Positions 36,155 to 46,618 are shown, counted from the first letter of the stretch. The stretch: 64,000 nucleotides of DNA from Gemmatimonadota bacterium (GCA_046733215.1 JBKPOS010000013.1:985-64984); one strand, 5' to 3'. Numbers and translations are program-made. Notes: generated by a model from the sequence alone, not told the origin.

Positions 36155-38968
36155 TTTTGCATCCCGCCAGTTGGGGCCCACGCCGATGTCGACCACAAGC
36201 GCCACATCGAGGGGTACGACGGTTTCCATCTGACTCCGCACCAGGTCCCGCATCTGCTCCACCTCCGCTACCGGAACCTCGAACAGCAATTCGTCGTGCA
36301 CCTGTAGGAGCATCCGGCTGGCCAGCCCGCGCTCGCGAATCGCGCGGTGCGTGCGGACCATCGCCAATTTGATGAGGTCCGCCGCCGACCCCTGGAGGGG
36401 TGAGTTCTGCGCCGTTCGCTCGGCATATGCCCGCATATTGAAATTGCGGTCGCGGATTTCAGGGATATAGCGGCGCCGCTTGAATAAGGTCTCGACATAT
36501 CCTTGCTCGCGGGCGAGCTGCACCTGCCGGTCCAGGAACGCACGCACCCCGGCGAATCGCTCGAAATAGCGAGCGATAAATGCCTTCGCGTCTTCCTGAG
36601 AAATGCCAAGCTGCCTCGAGAGCGCGAACGGGCCCTGACCGTAGATGGTCGCGAAGTTGATGGTCTTGGCCCGCGACCGCATCTCAGGGGTCACCCGGTC
36701 CACGGACACACCGAAGATGAGCGCCGCAGTCTGTCGATGAATATCGCCGCCCTGGCGAAAAGCCTCGATGAAGGCAGGATCGCCGGAGAGATGCGCCATG
36801 ATGCGCAGCTCGATCTGGGAATAGTCCGCCACCAAGAAGACCGCTCCCGGGCAGGGGACAAACCCCCGACGAATCGCCTCTCCCCGAGGCGTGCGAATCG
36901 GGATGTTCTGCAGATTGGGGTCGGATGACGATAGCCGGCCGGTGGCGGCCCCGGTCTGATTAAAGCTGGTGTGGATCCGGCCCGTCTTGGGACTTACTTC
37001 CTGGGGCAACGCGTCGACGTAGGTGCTCTTCAGCTTCTGCAGCTCGCGATATTCCAGAATGAGCCTGGGCAGTTCGTGTCCCAGCGCTGCCAGCTGCTCA
37101 AGCACGTCGGCATCAGTAGATGGCCCCGTCTTGGTCTTCTTTTGGACGGGGAGCTGGTGCTTTTCAAACAGCACGATCGCGAGCTGGCGGGGCGAATTCA
37201 GATTGAGCTCCACGCCGGCGACGCGGGTGATCTCTCCCTCCAACCTGAACAGATCGGCACCGAGTTCGCGAGACAGCTGCTCGAATACCTGCCGATCGAC
37301 CCCGATTCCGTCCCACTCCATCTGGGCAAGGACTTCGATAAGTGGAAGCTCCAGGTCGCGGAGCAAGGGCTCCAGCGAGGTGTCCCGGAGTCGGGGCGCG
37401 AAGAAGTCATGCAAGGCAAGGACTACTGCGCTGTCGGCACCGCATAGATCGGCCGCTTGCCGCACCGGCAGCTCGGCCACCGGCATCGGTTTCTTGCCCC
37501 GGCCGGGTGCGTCCGGATATGGATCCATAGTCCGGCCCAGATGCTCGAGTGCCAGAGTATCCAGACTGTGGGAGCGTCGTCCCGGATCGAGCACGAAGCT
37601 GGCCAGCATCGAATCGTAGGCCACGCCCGCGATCTCGATGCCTGCTCCGCGAAGCACCTGCCAGTCGAATTTCAGGTTGTGCCCAGCCTTCGGAACCTCG
37701 GGGTCGCGCAGCAGGTCGGCCAGGACAGAGCAGGCGGAGCTCGAGAGCTGTGGAAGGTTGGTGACGGGTGGCGGCGCTGCCAGCTCACCGCCCTGTGGAC
37801 GATGCCCGAAGGGGAAGTACCAAGCCTCGGAGGAGCTCGCGGCGAGCGACAAACCGACCAGCTCCGCCTGACGCGCTCGGGAGGAACTGGCAACGGTGTC
37901 GAGTGCAATCAGATTCGCACCGCGAAGATGTCGCACCACATCGGCCAGTCCCGCAGAATCCTCAACCACGTGAACGACGACTGCCGGCGCCGCCCGCTCG
38001 ACGTCCGGCTCTGCTGGAACGAGCCGACCCTCAGGCACAGGAGACGAGGGGGCAGTGTCAGGCTCGCCAGTGCCGTTCACCTTCCGTACCAGGGTGTAGA
38101 ACTCAAGCTCGGTCAACAGTCGGAGCAGCCGCTCGCGATCGGGTTCGACGACAGCCATCCGCTCGAGATCGAGATCGACAGGAACGTCCCGCCGGATAGT
38201 CACCAGTTCCCGTGAAAGACGCGCCTCGGCAGCGTACTGGATCAATGCCTCACGGGGTCGTTTGGCGGGTACTTCGGCGGCTCGGGCCAGGAGGTTGTCG
38301 AGATCGCCGAAGTCGGCCAGCAGTTTTTGCGCGCCTTTCTCCCCTACCCCCTTCACCCCCGGCACGTTGTCCGAGGAATCGCCAACCAACGCCAGAAAAT
38401 CCGTCACGCGAGCCGGCGCCACACCAAGCCGTGCCGCCGCATTGCTCTCGTCTACCCAGGTCTCGTCTACTCCACCCGGACCGCCACGTCCCGGGTTCAG
38501 CAAAGCGACCCGCGGTCCAATCAGCTGATAGAAGTCCTTGTCGCCTGACACGATGACTGCCTGAAGCCCGCCCGCGGCGGCCCTAGTGGCGAGAGTTCCA
38601 ATGACGTCGTCGGCTTCGAAACCCGGGACCTCCGAGCAGGTGACCCGGAAAGCCTCAAGTAGCTGACGGGTTCTCTCCACCGCGCGATCGAAGTCCGCCT
38701 GAAGTTCGTCCCCCAGCTTTTCGCGAGTGGACTTGTAGTCGGGGTAGCGCTCGGCGCGGAACGATGTGCCCGCATCGAGGACCCAGGCGAGGTAGTCGGG
38801 CCGGTATTTCTCCTGCAAGCGAAGCAGAAAATTCACCACCCCCCAGGCCGCCGAGGTATTCTCGCCGCGGGTTGTCCGCAGCGGCCGGGACATCATGGCA
38901 AAGAAGGCGCGATAGATCAGGGCATAGCCGTCCACCAGAAAGACCTGGGGAGGCGTGTGATTTGGCAT
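36149..38968 (-). CDS. polA: DNA polymerase I
   Basis: 5' nuclease, 3'-5' exonuclease-like and polymerase domains (…DYSQIELRIMAH..., QVHDELLFE). Confidence 0.97.
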   Translation of the reverse strand: MPNHTPPQVFLVDGYALIYRAFFAMMSRPLRTTRGENTSAAWGVVNFLLRLQEKYRPDYLAWVLDAGTSFRAERYPDYKSTREKLGDELQADFDRAVERTRQLLEAFRVTCSEVPGFEADDVIGTLATRAAAGGLQAVIVSGDKDFYQLIGPRVALLNPGRGGPGGVDETWVDESNAAARLGVAPARVTDFLALVGDSSDNVPGVKGVGEKGAQKLLADFGDLDNLLARAAEVPAKRPREALIQYAAEARLSRELVTIRRDVPVDLDLERMAVVEPDRERLLRLLTELEFYTLVRKVNGTGEPDTAPSSPVPEGRLVPAEPDVERAAPAVVVHVVEDSAGLADVVRHLRGANLIALDTVASSSRARQAELVGLSLAASSSEAWYFPFGHRPQGGELAAPPPVTNLPQLSSSACSVLADLLRDPEVPKAGHNLKFDWQVLRGAGIEIAGVAYDSMLASFVLDPGRRSHSLDTLALEHLGRTMDPYPDAPGRGKKPMPVAELPVRQAADLCGADSAVVLALHDFFAPRLRDTSLEPLLRDLELPLIEVLAQMEWDGIGVDRQVFEQLSRELGADLFRLEGEITRVAGVELNLNSPRQLAIVLFEKHQLPVQKKTKTGPSTDADVLEQLAALGHELPRLILEYRELQKLKSTYVDALPQEVSPKTGRIHTSFNQTGAATGRLSSSDPNLQNIPIRTPRGEAIRRGFVPCPGAVFLVADYSQIELRIMAHLSGDPAFIEAFRQGGDIHRQTAALIFGVSVDRVTPEMRSRAKTINFATIYGQGPFALSRQLGISQEDAKAFIARYFERFAGVRAFLDRQVQLAREQGYVETLFKRRRYIPEIRDRNFNMRAYAERTAQNSPLQGSAADLIKLAMVRTHRAIRERGLASRMLLQVHDELLFEVPVAEVEQMRDLVRSQMETVVPLDVALVVDIGVGPNWRDAKR

Positions 38969-39007
38969 GGGGGGAAAATACTGCTGCGGTTACCGCCTAG
39001 AAGCCGC

Positions 39008-40375
39008 TCATTCCCGATCGGCGGTTTCACCGCCACCGTGTCGGAGCCGTGAGACGGCATGCTCGTAGTCCGCACGGGAGCGGGAGGTGAGGCGGAAGCG
39101 ACCGAAGGACGATTCATCGACGAAGAACAACGTGAGCCGATACCGATAGTACACCCAGCGAATGACCCGAGACGACGTGCTGGGCGCCTGCTCCGTGACC
39201 TCATCCGGCGCGCCGAGGACCACGAAAACCTCGCCCCGATCAGTACGCCAGCCCGGCATACCCTCGTCCTTTATTTGAGCATTCGCGGTCGCCAGCCGGC
39301 TGAAGTACTCGTCGAGCTGCTCGTTCTGGGGGGTCTTCGGATCGGGATCGCTGGACTTGCGGAACTCCCGCCAGAGATGGGCCCGATCGGCCGGAGCGGC
39401 CCGCCGCAGCGAGTCCAGGGCGGGATTCGGACCGAAGTAGCGCAACAGGCTGAGCATTTGATCGTAGCTCGTAACCAGCCACTGGGACGTGAACGAGACG
39501 ATGGCAGTGGACCGGCGGGCTGTCGCCCCCGACCCGACGACGAGGCGCATTTCGCCCAGGACCAGGCTATCGGGCGCGATGCGGATGACCTGGCTTTCGA
39601 TTGGCCGCCCGCCCTGGAACCGCAAAGAGTCCCGATAGACGAGGCTGTCCTGTCCGTCGCGCACCTCGAAGGGCACGGTCTGTCGGCGAGGAAAGGCATA
39701 GCCTTCGATGTATGCCAGCAGGGTATCGCCGCCAAAACTGACCACGCCTCGGGGGTTGATTACAAGCTTGAGCGGATCCGCCGGCGTTGCCCTGCCCTGC
39801 ACTTGATACGCGAGAATCGGCTCGCTCGAGGTTCCAGGCGCGAGCTTCGGGACCGTATAGTCGCCCTCGGCCCGTGACTCGACCCCTGCGTTCATGTCCC
39901 GCACGTTCACGATGACGTTGTAAGGACCCGGCAGCAATTTGAAATGCTGTTGAAACAGCACACTCTCGTCGGTTCGACCGGTCTCCGGCTGCGTCGCGAC
40001 CCGGACCGTTTCCTCGCGACCCACCTGTACGGGCGCTCCGGTCACCGGACGGAGCGTGATATCCACCCGATAATGAGCTGAGAAGCCAGACGGCTCGCGT
40101 TGGAAGTTGAGGGACCGATTTTCCAGGGAAAGACCGAGAATTGCGAGAGTGGTGTCGCCGACACCTTGAGCGAACGCCACGTTGCCAACGAAGGGCAGAG
40201 GATCGGCCGCCGCGAGACGACCGACACCGCGGTAGATGCCGCTCGTGGACGTGACAGCCGGCATGTCGTCGGGAGCCGGCGCCGGCCCGCTCGCCGAGCT
40301 TCCCTTCCCCGCTCCGCCGCCGCCGCACGCCGCGAGAGCGCCCGCGATCGAAAGGACCAGCGCGAGGCGCCGCAT
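39008..40375 (-). CDS. GWxTD domain lipoprotein
   Basis: GWRTDRGEVFVVLGAPDEV motif. ATG 40375 gives the signal/lipobox MRRLALVLSIAGALAACG. Confidence 0.8.
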   Translation of the reverse strand: MRRLALVLSIAGALAACGGGGAGKGSSASGPAPAPDDMPAVTSTSGIYRGVGRLAAADPLPFVGNVAFAQGVGDTTLAILGLSLENRSLNFQREPSGFSAHYRVDITLRPVTGAPVQVGREETVRVATQPETGRTDESVLFQQHFKLLPGPYNVIVNVRDMNAGVESRAEGDYTVPKLAPGTSSEPILAYQVQGRATPADPLKLVINPRGVVSFGGDTLLAYIEGYAFPRRQTVPFEVRDGQDSLVYRDSLRFQGGRPIESQVIRIAPDSLVLGEMRLVVGSGATARRSTAIVSFTSQWLVTSYDQMLSLLRYFGPNPALDSLRRAAPADRAHLWREFRKSSDPDPKTPQNEQLDEYFSRLATANAQIKDEGMPGWRTDRGEVFVVLGAPDEVTEQAPSTSSRVIRWVYYRYRLTLFFVDESSFGRFRLTSRSRADYEHAVSRLRHGGGETADRE

Positions 40376-40537
40376 CGACAGTCTCCGGTCGTCGTGGAGG
40401 TAACGCTGCGCCTTTTCAGGCGTGCAAGCGAAGGTTAGCGGCGGCAAGCGACGAGCGTCAAGCAGCGGCACGATACACTCTCCGACAGTTTGGAAGCGCT
40501 TGCTGGCCATTGAGCGACTCACTAGGTTGGCTCACGC

Positions 40538-41437
40538 ATGCCCTCTGAGAACCTCGTCGGTCGCACGGTGGCGGGTTACCGCCTCGTCCAGCATGTCGGC
40601 GAGGGTGGTACTGCGAGTGTCTATAAGGGGGAACATCCCGAGCGCGGCCTGGCCGCGGTCAAGATCCTCATCCCTCGCCTGGCCAAAGATCCTGTCGCCA
40701 TCAAACGGTTTCTGCGCGAGGCCGAGTTCGGCGGTAGGCTCAACCACCCGAATATCGTGCGGCTGTACGACTACGGCGAAGCCGACGGGCTGAACTATCT
40801 CGCGCTCGAATGGGCTGAAGGTGAGCCGCTGGCGAGCTTCGTCACGCGGTCGGGGATGCTGGCCCCCGCGTTGGTGGCGACTATCGTCGAGCAAATTGGC
40901 GCGGCACTGTCTGCAGCGCATAAAGCGGGCATCATCCATCGCGATCTCAAGCCTGCCAACATCATGTACGATCCAACGACCCAGCGCGCTAAGCTGCTCG
41001 ATTTCGGTATTGCCCGAGACGCCGAGGGAAGCGCCGAGGAGCGGCTGACCAGGGCGGGGTTCTTCGTCGGAACCCTGCAATACGTGGCGCCGGAAACGTT
41101 GAGCGGCGAACTGGTTGGCGAGCAGGCGGATGTGTACAGCCTCGCGACGATTACGTACTACTCGCTGACCGAATGCCTGCCATTCCCGGGGCGGAGTCCG
41201 CGGGAGTTGTTTCAGCAACTACTCTCACAGGATCCAATCCCGCTAGGCCAGGCAAAGCGGGGACTCCGATTCTCCCCAGCGGTCGAAGCCGCCGTGATGA
41301 ACGGGCTACAGCGCGACCTTGCCAAGCGCAGTAAGTCGGTGGACGAATTTGCGCAGGGATTCTACACGGCAGTGCGGAACGAGGGGGGTCAGAAAGGTGG
41401 GTTTCTGGCCAATCTGTTCCGCAAAGGCCCTCGGTGA
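40538..41437 (+). CDS. Hanks-type Ser/Thr protein kinase, kinase domain only (299 aa)
   Basis: GEGGTASVYKG, AVK, HRDLKPANI, DFGIARD. Confidence 0.9.
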   Translation: MPSENLVGRTVAGYRLVQHVGEGGTASVYKGEHPERGLAAVKILIPRLAKDPVAIKRFLREAEFGGRLNHPNIVRLYDYGEADGLNYLALEWAEGEPLASFVTRSGMLAPALVATIVEQIGAALSAAHKAGIIHRDLKPANIMYDPTTQRAKLLDFGIARDAEGSAEERLTRAGFFVGTLQYVAPETLSGELVGEQADVYSLATITYYSLTECLPFPGRSPRELFQQLLSQDPIPLGQAKRGLRFSPAVEAAVMNGLQRDLAKRSKSVDEFAQGFYTAVRNEGGQKGGFLANLFRKGPR

Positions 41438-41973
41438 CACCTCTCGAACAACTACTGCTGGCAAAATCGGTTCGGTATGGTGACTTTGTGCTGGCCTCGG
41501 GTCAGCGGTCGTCGTACTACATCGACTGCCGACTCACAACGATGTCCGCTGAGGGAATGGTCCTGGTGGGGCGGGCCGGACTCACGGCGATTCGAGAGGC
41601 TGGGTGGACCGCCACCGCGATTGGCGGGTTGACGTTGGGGGCGGATCCCGTCGCATACGCCATTGCCGCAGCAAGCTTCGGGACTGGCGCACTGCTGGAC
41701 GCTTTCACCGTGCGGAAGGAGGCCAAGGGGCACGGAACCCGACGCCTGATCGAGGGGAACTTTGCCCCGGGCGTGTCCGTCGTGATCGTGGAGGACGTGA
41801 TCACGTCCGGCAGCTCGGCCCTGCAGGCTATCCAAGCGGTCAGCACTGAAGGGGGGAGGATCGCCGGTGTGTTGGCTGTGGTAGACCGGGAGCAGGGCGG
41901 ACGACAAGTGCTCGAGGCGGCCGGCCACGAGGTTAAGTCGCTAACTACTGCTTCAGCCATGGGTTTGGGGTGA
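41434..41973 (+). CDS. pyrE: Orotate phosphoribosyltransferase
   Basis: VRYGDFVLASGQRSSYYID... and the PRPP motif VVIVEDVITSGSS. GTG start forming a GTGA overlap with the kinase stop. Confidence 0.9.
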   Translation: MTPLEQLLLAKSVRYGDFVLASGQRSSYYIDCRLTTMSAEGMVLVGRAGLTAIREAGWTATAIGGLTLGADPVAYAIAAASFGTGALLDAFTVRKEAKGHGTRRLIEGNFAPGVSVVIVEDVITSGSSALQAIQAVSTEGGRIAGVLAVVDREQGGRQVLEAAGHEVKSLTTASAMGLG

Positions 41974-41982
41974 AGCTGACGA

Positions 41983-42852
41983 CTATGAGTTACCCTCCCA
42001 ACTCCCTTGAGTGAGCGGGTGAAAGGTTGTCCAGATGGCTTCGTAAGGCTGAAGCAGCCTCTCGACAAAGCCACTCACGGCGACCGGGAAAGGGTACCGA
42101 GTGCGGAACTCCGATGCGGTTATGCCAAGCATCGCCCGGAGGTGGCGACCAAAGCTCTGGGGGGACGAGTACTCCAGCCGATAAGCGACATCGGCAACTG
42201 AAAGCCCTGACGTCTCGAACAGTAGCGCCGCATGCAGCAGGCGAATCGCGGCCAGGTAGTTCTTGGGTGAAGGCAAACCGGACCGCACGAAACGCGACAT
42301 CAACGTGCTCGGCCGGACGAAGAGCCGGTCCGCCAGGCGGCGGACCGTCGGCGTTTCCGGCGCCAACCGGATCAGCGCTTCCATAAAGAGGCGAGCATCC
42401 GGCGGCGCATGGGCGAGCGCTTCGAGGATGGGCCCTTGAATGCGAGCAACCGCTCTGGTAGCGGGCTGACCCACCACCTGACGCAGCCGGTTCCAGCCGG
42501 TGGGCGAGGTTACGTCCACTACCTGGCGGACGCCCGTGGCGCCCAGCCGGAGCAGCATCTCGGTGGCACCGGCATCGTGCTGCGAGACCAGCGCGACCAT
42601 GGGAATGGCGGGAAAGTCTCGCACCAGGTGGGCCAGCGCTTCGACCTGTTCGGGTGCGCAGCGGTGAACGGAGACCAGAACTGCGTCGACCGGTCGCTCC
42701 CGAACAACCCGCAAGGCATCCGATATCGAATCGCGATGCACGACAGAGAAGCAGCCGTTGCCGGCCGCGTCTACTCGAGATCGCTCACCGGGCAGCAGCA
42801 CGGCGGCGACGGTGGGCGATGGCTGAGCGAGCGGTGCGGCGGCGAGTGACAT
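41983..42852 (-). CDS. AraC-type HTH regulator with an N-terminal receiver-like (probable pseudo-receiver) domain
   Basis: C-terminal HTH_18 (…VADVAYRLEYSSPQSFGRHLRAMLGITASEFR). The N-terminal flavodoxin-like domain lacks the acidic pocket by eye (PG for DD; LVSV where the phospho-Asp is expected). Confidence 0.75.
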   Translation of the reverse strand: MSLAAAPLAQPSPTVAAVLLPGERSRVDAAGNGCFSVVHRDSISDALRVVRERPVDAVLVSVHRCAPEQVEALAHLVRDFPAIPMVALVSQHDAGATEMLLRLGATGVRQVVDVTSPTGWNRLRQVVGQPATRAVARIQGPILEALAHAPPDARLFMEALIRLAPETPTVRRLADRLFVRPSTLMSRFVRSGLPSPKNYLAAIRLLHAALLFETSGLSVADVAYRLEYSSPQSFGRHLRAMLGITASEFRTRYPFPVAVSGFVERLLQPYEAIWTTFHPLTQGSWEGNS

Positions 42853-43022
42853 GCGGCTCCTCGAGTCGCGCCCAAGCTAGCGGGGTTATCTCAATCGGAG
42901 GTCAACGTCGCCGACGGACCTGGCAACGCAACGTTCCGCGGCGGCGCCGCATCGAATTCATCACGCGCGCTATTGGTACCGTCCTCCCGGCTCTCGACCC
43001 GTACATCGGACGTGCAGGTGCC

Positions 43023-46000
43023 GTGAGCGAGTCTACCGCAGCAGATCTTTTCGAGACGTTGCAGGCCGTACTGCAGTCGCAGTATCGCCTCGAGCGCGAG
43101 CTCGGCCGTGGGGGCATGGGCGTGGTGTTCCAGGCCGTCGACCTTGCGCTCGACCGCCGAGTGGCCGTGAAGGTCGCGCACCCCGAGCTGGCAGCTCAGC
43201 CTTCAGTTGCAGAACGATTCCTCACCGAAGCGCGAATGCTCGCGCGAATCCGCCACCCCAACATTGTGACCGTGCATAACGCGGGGTCGGTCGGCGGGCA
43301 TTTGTACTACGTCATGGATGAGATTCCCGGAGAAAGCCTGCGGCAGCGGATCAATCGGGAAGGCTCGCTCGAGCCGGCTGATGTAGAACAGCTCGTGGCG
43401 GATATTGCTTCGGCACTGGAAGCGGCGAGCGCCGCCGGCTTTGTGCACCGAGACGTGAAGCCCGAGAACATTCTGCTCGACGCGGTCAGCGGTCGGGCGT
43501 TGCTGGCGGACTTCGGCATCGCGCGCGCCTCGGGTGAACCGGGTCAAGTGACCCGGACAGGGCAGGGGGTCGCCGTTGGCACCCCTACATACATGAGCCC
43601 TGAGCAGGCCGCCGGCGAGTCGGTCGACACGCGCAGCGACGTGTATTCGCTGGGCGTCGTCGCCTACGAGGCGCTGGTCGGACAGCCGCCGTTCGTGGGC
43701 CCCCGCCGCGTCGTGGTGTCGAAGCACATCGCGGAGCGGCCGATGCCGGTCCAGCGTGCCCGGTCCGGCGTGCCCGCACCGCTCGCGGCGGTCATCATGC
43801 GTGCGTTGGAAAAGCATCCAGCCGATCGGTGGCAGGGCGGGGAAGTGATGAGGCGAGCGCTGGCGGAGCGGCGGGCTCCGGGCAGGCTTTCGCGACCCAA
43901 AATCGCCATCGCGGCGATCGGCACGCTCGCGGTGGTCGGCGTTCTCGGCCTTACGCGACTTCGGTCGGAGGCGCCGCCGGCCGGGATCGATCCACGCCAC
44001 TCGATTCTGGTGCTTCCGTTTCAGAATCTCCGAGCCGACCGGCCAATGGATTGGATGCGGGACGGGGCGGTCAGCATGCTCGGACTCAATCTCTCTCAAT
44101 GGAGCGATCTCACGATAGTGGATCACGAGCGGGTGCACGACCTGCTCGCCCACCACGCCGTGAAGCCGGGCGATGCTATAGGGCTCGAGCTGGCGCGGCA
44201 GCTCGCCCGCGAAGCCGGCGTCTGGACCGTGGTGCTGGGGGAGTACAGCCGCAGCGGTGACTCGCTTTACCTATCGGCGAGGGTGTTCGACGTGGCGACG
44301 GGGAAGCGGGTCGAAATCGGTCGGATCGAGGGTCGTCCGGGGACCGACGTCCGACCGATGTTCGACGAGTTGGCTGCCCGGCTGCTCGATCTATCCGGCG
44401 CACCGGCGGACATCCGCACGGGACTGGCGCAGGCGACTACGTCGTCGGTGGAGGCCTTCCGGTCCTACCTGAACGGTGTCGAACAGCTCAACCGATGGAA
44501 CCTTCCCGCAGCGCAACGCGACTTCGAACGAGCCACGAGCCTCGACACCACGTTCAGCCTTGCCTTCTACAAGCTCGCATTGGCGCGCGGATGGACCGTG
44601 GGTGAAGACGACTCGATCGCGCGCTACGCCATCCGACGAGCTACGGCCTACGTGGACCGACTTCCGCCGCATGACCGCGCAATGGTCAACGCCTACCGCG
44701 CGTTCGACGACCGGGACTATGTGACCGCCCGTGCTCTTTACAGTGAAATGATCGAACGGGACAACCGCGATCCGGATGCCTGGTACGGCCTGGGAGAGGC
44801 GTGGTTCCATGATACCGCTGCGGCGGGAGCGGGACCGCCCCAGTGGACCAAAGCCCTACGGGCATTCCGCCGGGCGCTGGCCATCGATCCCGGGTATACG
44901 CTGGCCTATTCGCACGTCGCGGACTTGCTGGCGATAGCGGCGCGCGAGCGACCACCCGTCGTCCTACTGGGAGCGGATTCGCTCGCACCGGCGTTGGGGC
45001 CGGGCTTCGAGCCTTTGGTGGACAGCACGACGATGGCGGCAGGAACAGCTCGTGCGCGCCAGGAGCTGCTGCAACAAACCCAGACCTGGGTCGCATCTCA
45101 GCCGACGAACAAGGCCGCCCACGCTGCGTTGGTCGATGCGCAAATCGAATCGGGACAGCCGGCCCGGGCGCTGGCGGAGGTCGACCGTTACGCAATTACC
45201 GTCGGGCGATATCCGGACCGACCCTTCGTCGAGGCGAAGATCCGATTTGCAGCTGGTGAAGCGGATCGGGCTGCGGCCGACCTGCGACACGCTGTGGACT
45301 CCTTGTCGGCCGCGGATTTCCTCGGCGAAGACGCATCCTCGACGGCCTGGAACATTGCGGCCGCCGCCAACGTCTTTGCGTATCTCGGTCAGATCGAATC
45401 TGCAGCGCGACTGATCGAGTTGAGCCACCAGGTAATGCAGGGAGGCGGCGCCATCGCCCAATCCAAGGACGCGGCGCTGCGCCACGGCCAGGCCCGTTGG
45501 CGGATGCTGGGGGAACTCTACGCCGCTACCGGCGCGCCGGCTCCTGCGCTTCGGCAAGTCTGGCAGAGCGCCGCCGAAGCGGCCCGCCATGCACCGCCCG
45601 CGCGACGAGCCGATGTCGCTTCGAGCGGCGGTCCGGCAGCAATCGGTTTGCTCGCGGGTCCCAGCGCAGATACCACCGCAATCTCGGAACTGGCCGGTCT
45701 GGCAGGGCCCCAGCAGGCCCGCGAGGTCACGGCGTTGCTCGCGCTTAGCCGTCACGACACGGCAGCCGCCCGGCGAGCACTCGCCGACTCGGCACGGCCC
45801 GAAGGGCGCGGGGTGCGCTACACGATCTACTTGCGACCGCTCGCCGCCCAAGCCTACTACGCATTGGCGGATTATTCAGCGGCGCTCCAGGCGCTGGGCA
45901 ACTTCGGTCCCGCAGACTTCAGCCGAACGGTGTTCGACATGCGATGGGGCATCCTGGCCCGGGTACGCCTGGTGCGCGCATCGAGCCAGGAACGCCTCGG

Positions 46001-46142
46001 GAATCTGAGCGAGGCGCGACGCGAGTACCGCCTCGCCGCCTCGCAATGGAAGCTGGCGGATGCTCCTTTGCGGCCTCTGCTCGAGCAGGCCGAAAGGGGG
46101 GCCGCACGGGTGGAGGCAAACCTGGCCCACCGCACACCCTAG
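43023..46142 (+). CDS. Membrane Ser/Thr protein kinase with a large extracytoplasmic/TPR-like C-terminal region
   Basis: LGRGGMGVVFQA, AVK, HRDVKPENILL, DFGIA, a single TM (IAIAAIGTLAVVGVLGL), then about 650 aa of helical repeats. GTG 43023 is the first canonical start clear of the divergent AraC gene. Confidence 0.85.
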   Translation: MSESTAADLFETLQAVLQSQYRLERELGRGGMGVVFQAVDLALDRRVAVKVAHPELAAQPSVAERFLTEARMLARIRHPNIVTVHNAGSVGGHLYYVMDEIPGESLRQRINREGSLEPADVEQLVADIASALEAASAAGFVHRDVKPENILLDAVSGRALLADFGIARASGEPGQVTRTGQGVAVGTPTYMSPEQAAGESVDTRSDVYSLGVVAYEALVGQPPFVGPRRVVVSKHIAERPMPVQRARSGVPAPLAAVIMRALEKHPADRWQGGEVMRRALAERRAPGRLSRPKIAIAAIGTLAVVGVLGLTRLRSEAPPAGIDPRHSILVLPFQNLRADRPMDWMRDGAVSMLGLNLSQWSDLTIVDHERVHDLLAHHAVKPGDAIGLELARQLAREAGVWTVVLGEYSRSGDSLYLSARVFDVATGKRVEIGRIEGRPGTDVRPMFDELAARLLDLSGAPADIRTGLAQATTSSVEAFRSYLNGVEQLNRWNLPAAQRDFERATSLDTTFSLAFYKLALARGWTVGEDDSIARYAIRRATAYVDRLPPHDRAMVNAYRAFDDRDYVTARALYSEMIERDNRDPDAWYGLGEAWFHDTAAAGAGPPQWTKALRAFRRALAIDPGYTLAYSHVADLLAIAARERPPVVLLGADSLAPALGPGFEPLVDSTTMAAGTARARQELLQQTQTWVASQPTNKAAHAALVDAQIESGQPARALAEVDRYAITVGRYPDRPFVEAKIRFAAGEADRAAADLRHAVDSLSAADFLGEDASSTAWNIAAAANVFAYLGQIESAARLIELSHQVMQGGGAIAQSKDAALRHGQARWRMLGELYAATGAPAPALRQVWQSAAEAARHAPPARRADVASSGGPAAIGLLAGPSADTTAISELAGLAGPQQAREVTALLALSRHDTAAARRALADSARPEGRGVRYTIYLRPLAAQAYYALADYSAALQALGNFGPADFSRTVFDMRWGILARVRLVRASSQERLGNLSEARREYRLAASQWKLADAPLRPLLEQAERGAARVEANLAHRTP

Positions 46143-46168
46143 CGCGGCTCGACCTGTTATCCTTAGGC

Positions 46169-46556
46169 GCGGGTCGAGCGGGGTGGTCGCGGGACCGTTT
46201 CGGTTCCGAGGAAAGTCCGAGCTCCACAGGGTAGACTGCCAGGTAACGCCTGGGCGCCGCGAGGCGACGGAGAGGGCCACAGAAAAGACACCGCCCTCGC
46301 GCAAGCGGGGGTAAGGGTGAAAAGGTGGGGTAAGAGCCCACCGCACCACCGGCAACGGATGGTGGCACGGCAACCCCCAGTCGGAGCAAGGCCAAATAAG
46401 CGGCGAGGTGTGACCCACACCGAAGGCCCCGAGCGCAAGCTAGGGGGAGCCGCGGGTAGGCTGCTCGAGGCGGTCGGCGACGACCGTCCCAGACAGATGA
46501 CCATCCTCTCGCGTGAGAGCGCGAGGGAACAGAACTCGGCTTATGGCTCGACCCGC
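46169..46556 (+). ncRNA. rnpB: RNase P RNA, bacterial type A
   Basis: GAGGAAAGTCCGAGCTCCACAGGG (P4/J), ACAGAAAAGACACCGCC, GGTAAGGGTGAAAAGGTGGGGTAAGAGCCCACC and ACAGAACTCGGCTTATGG. P1 pairs GCGGGTCGAGC (46169-79) with GCTCGACCCGC (46546-56). Confidence 0.9.
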
Positions 46557-46618
46557 TCTGCCCTCCGGGCTCATCTCGGGGGGCAGTGCTTTCCACCCTT
46601 GCATGCTTCGAGGATCGG

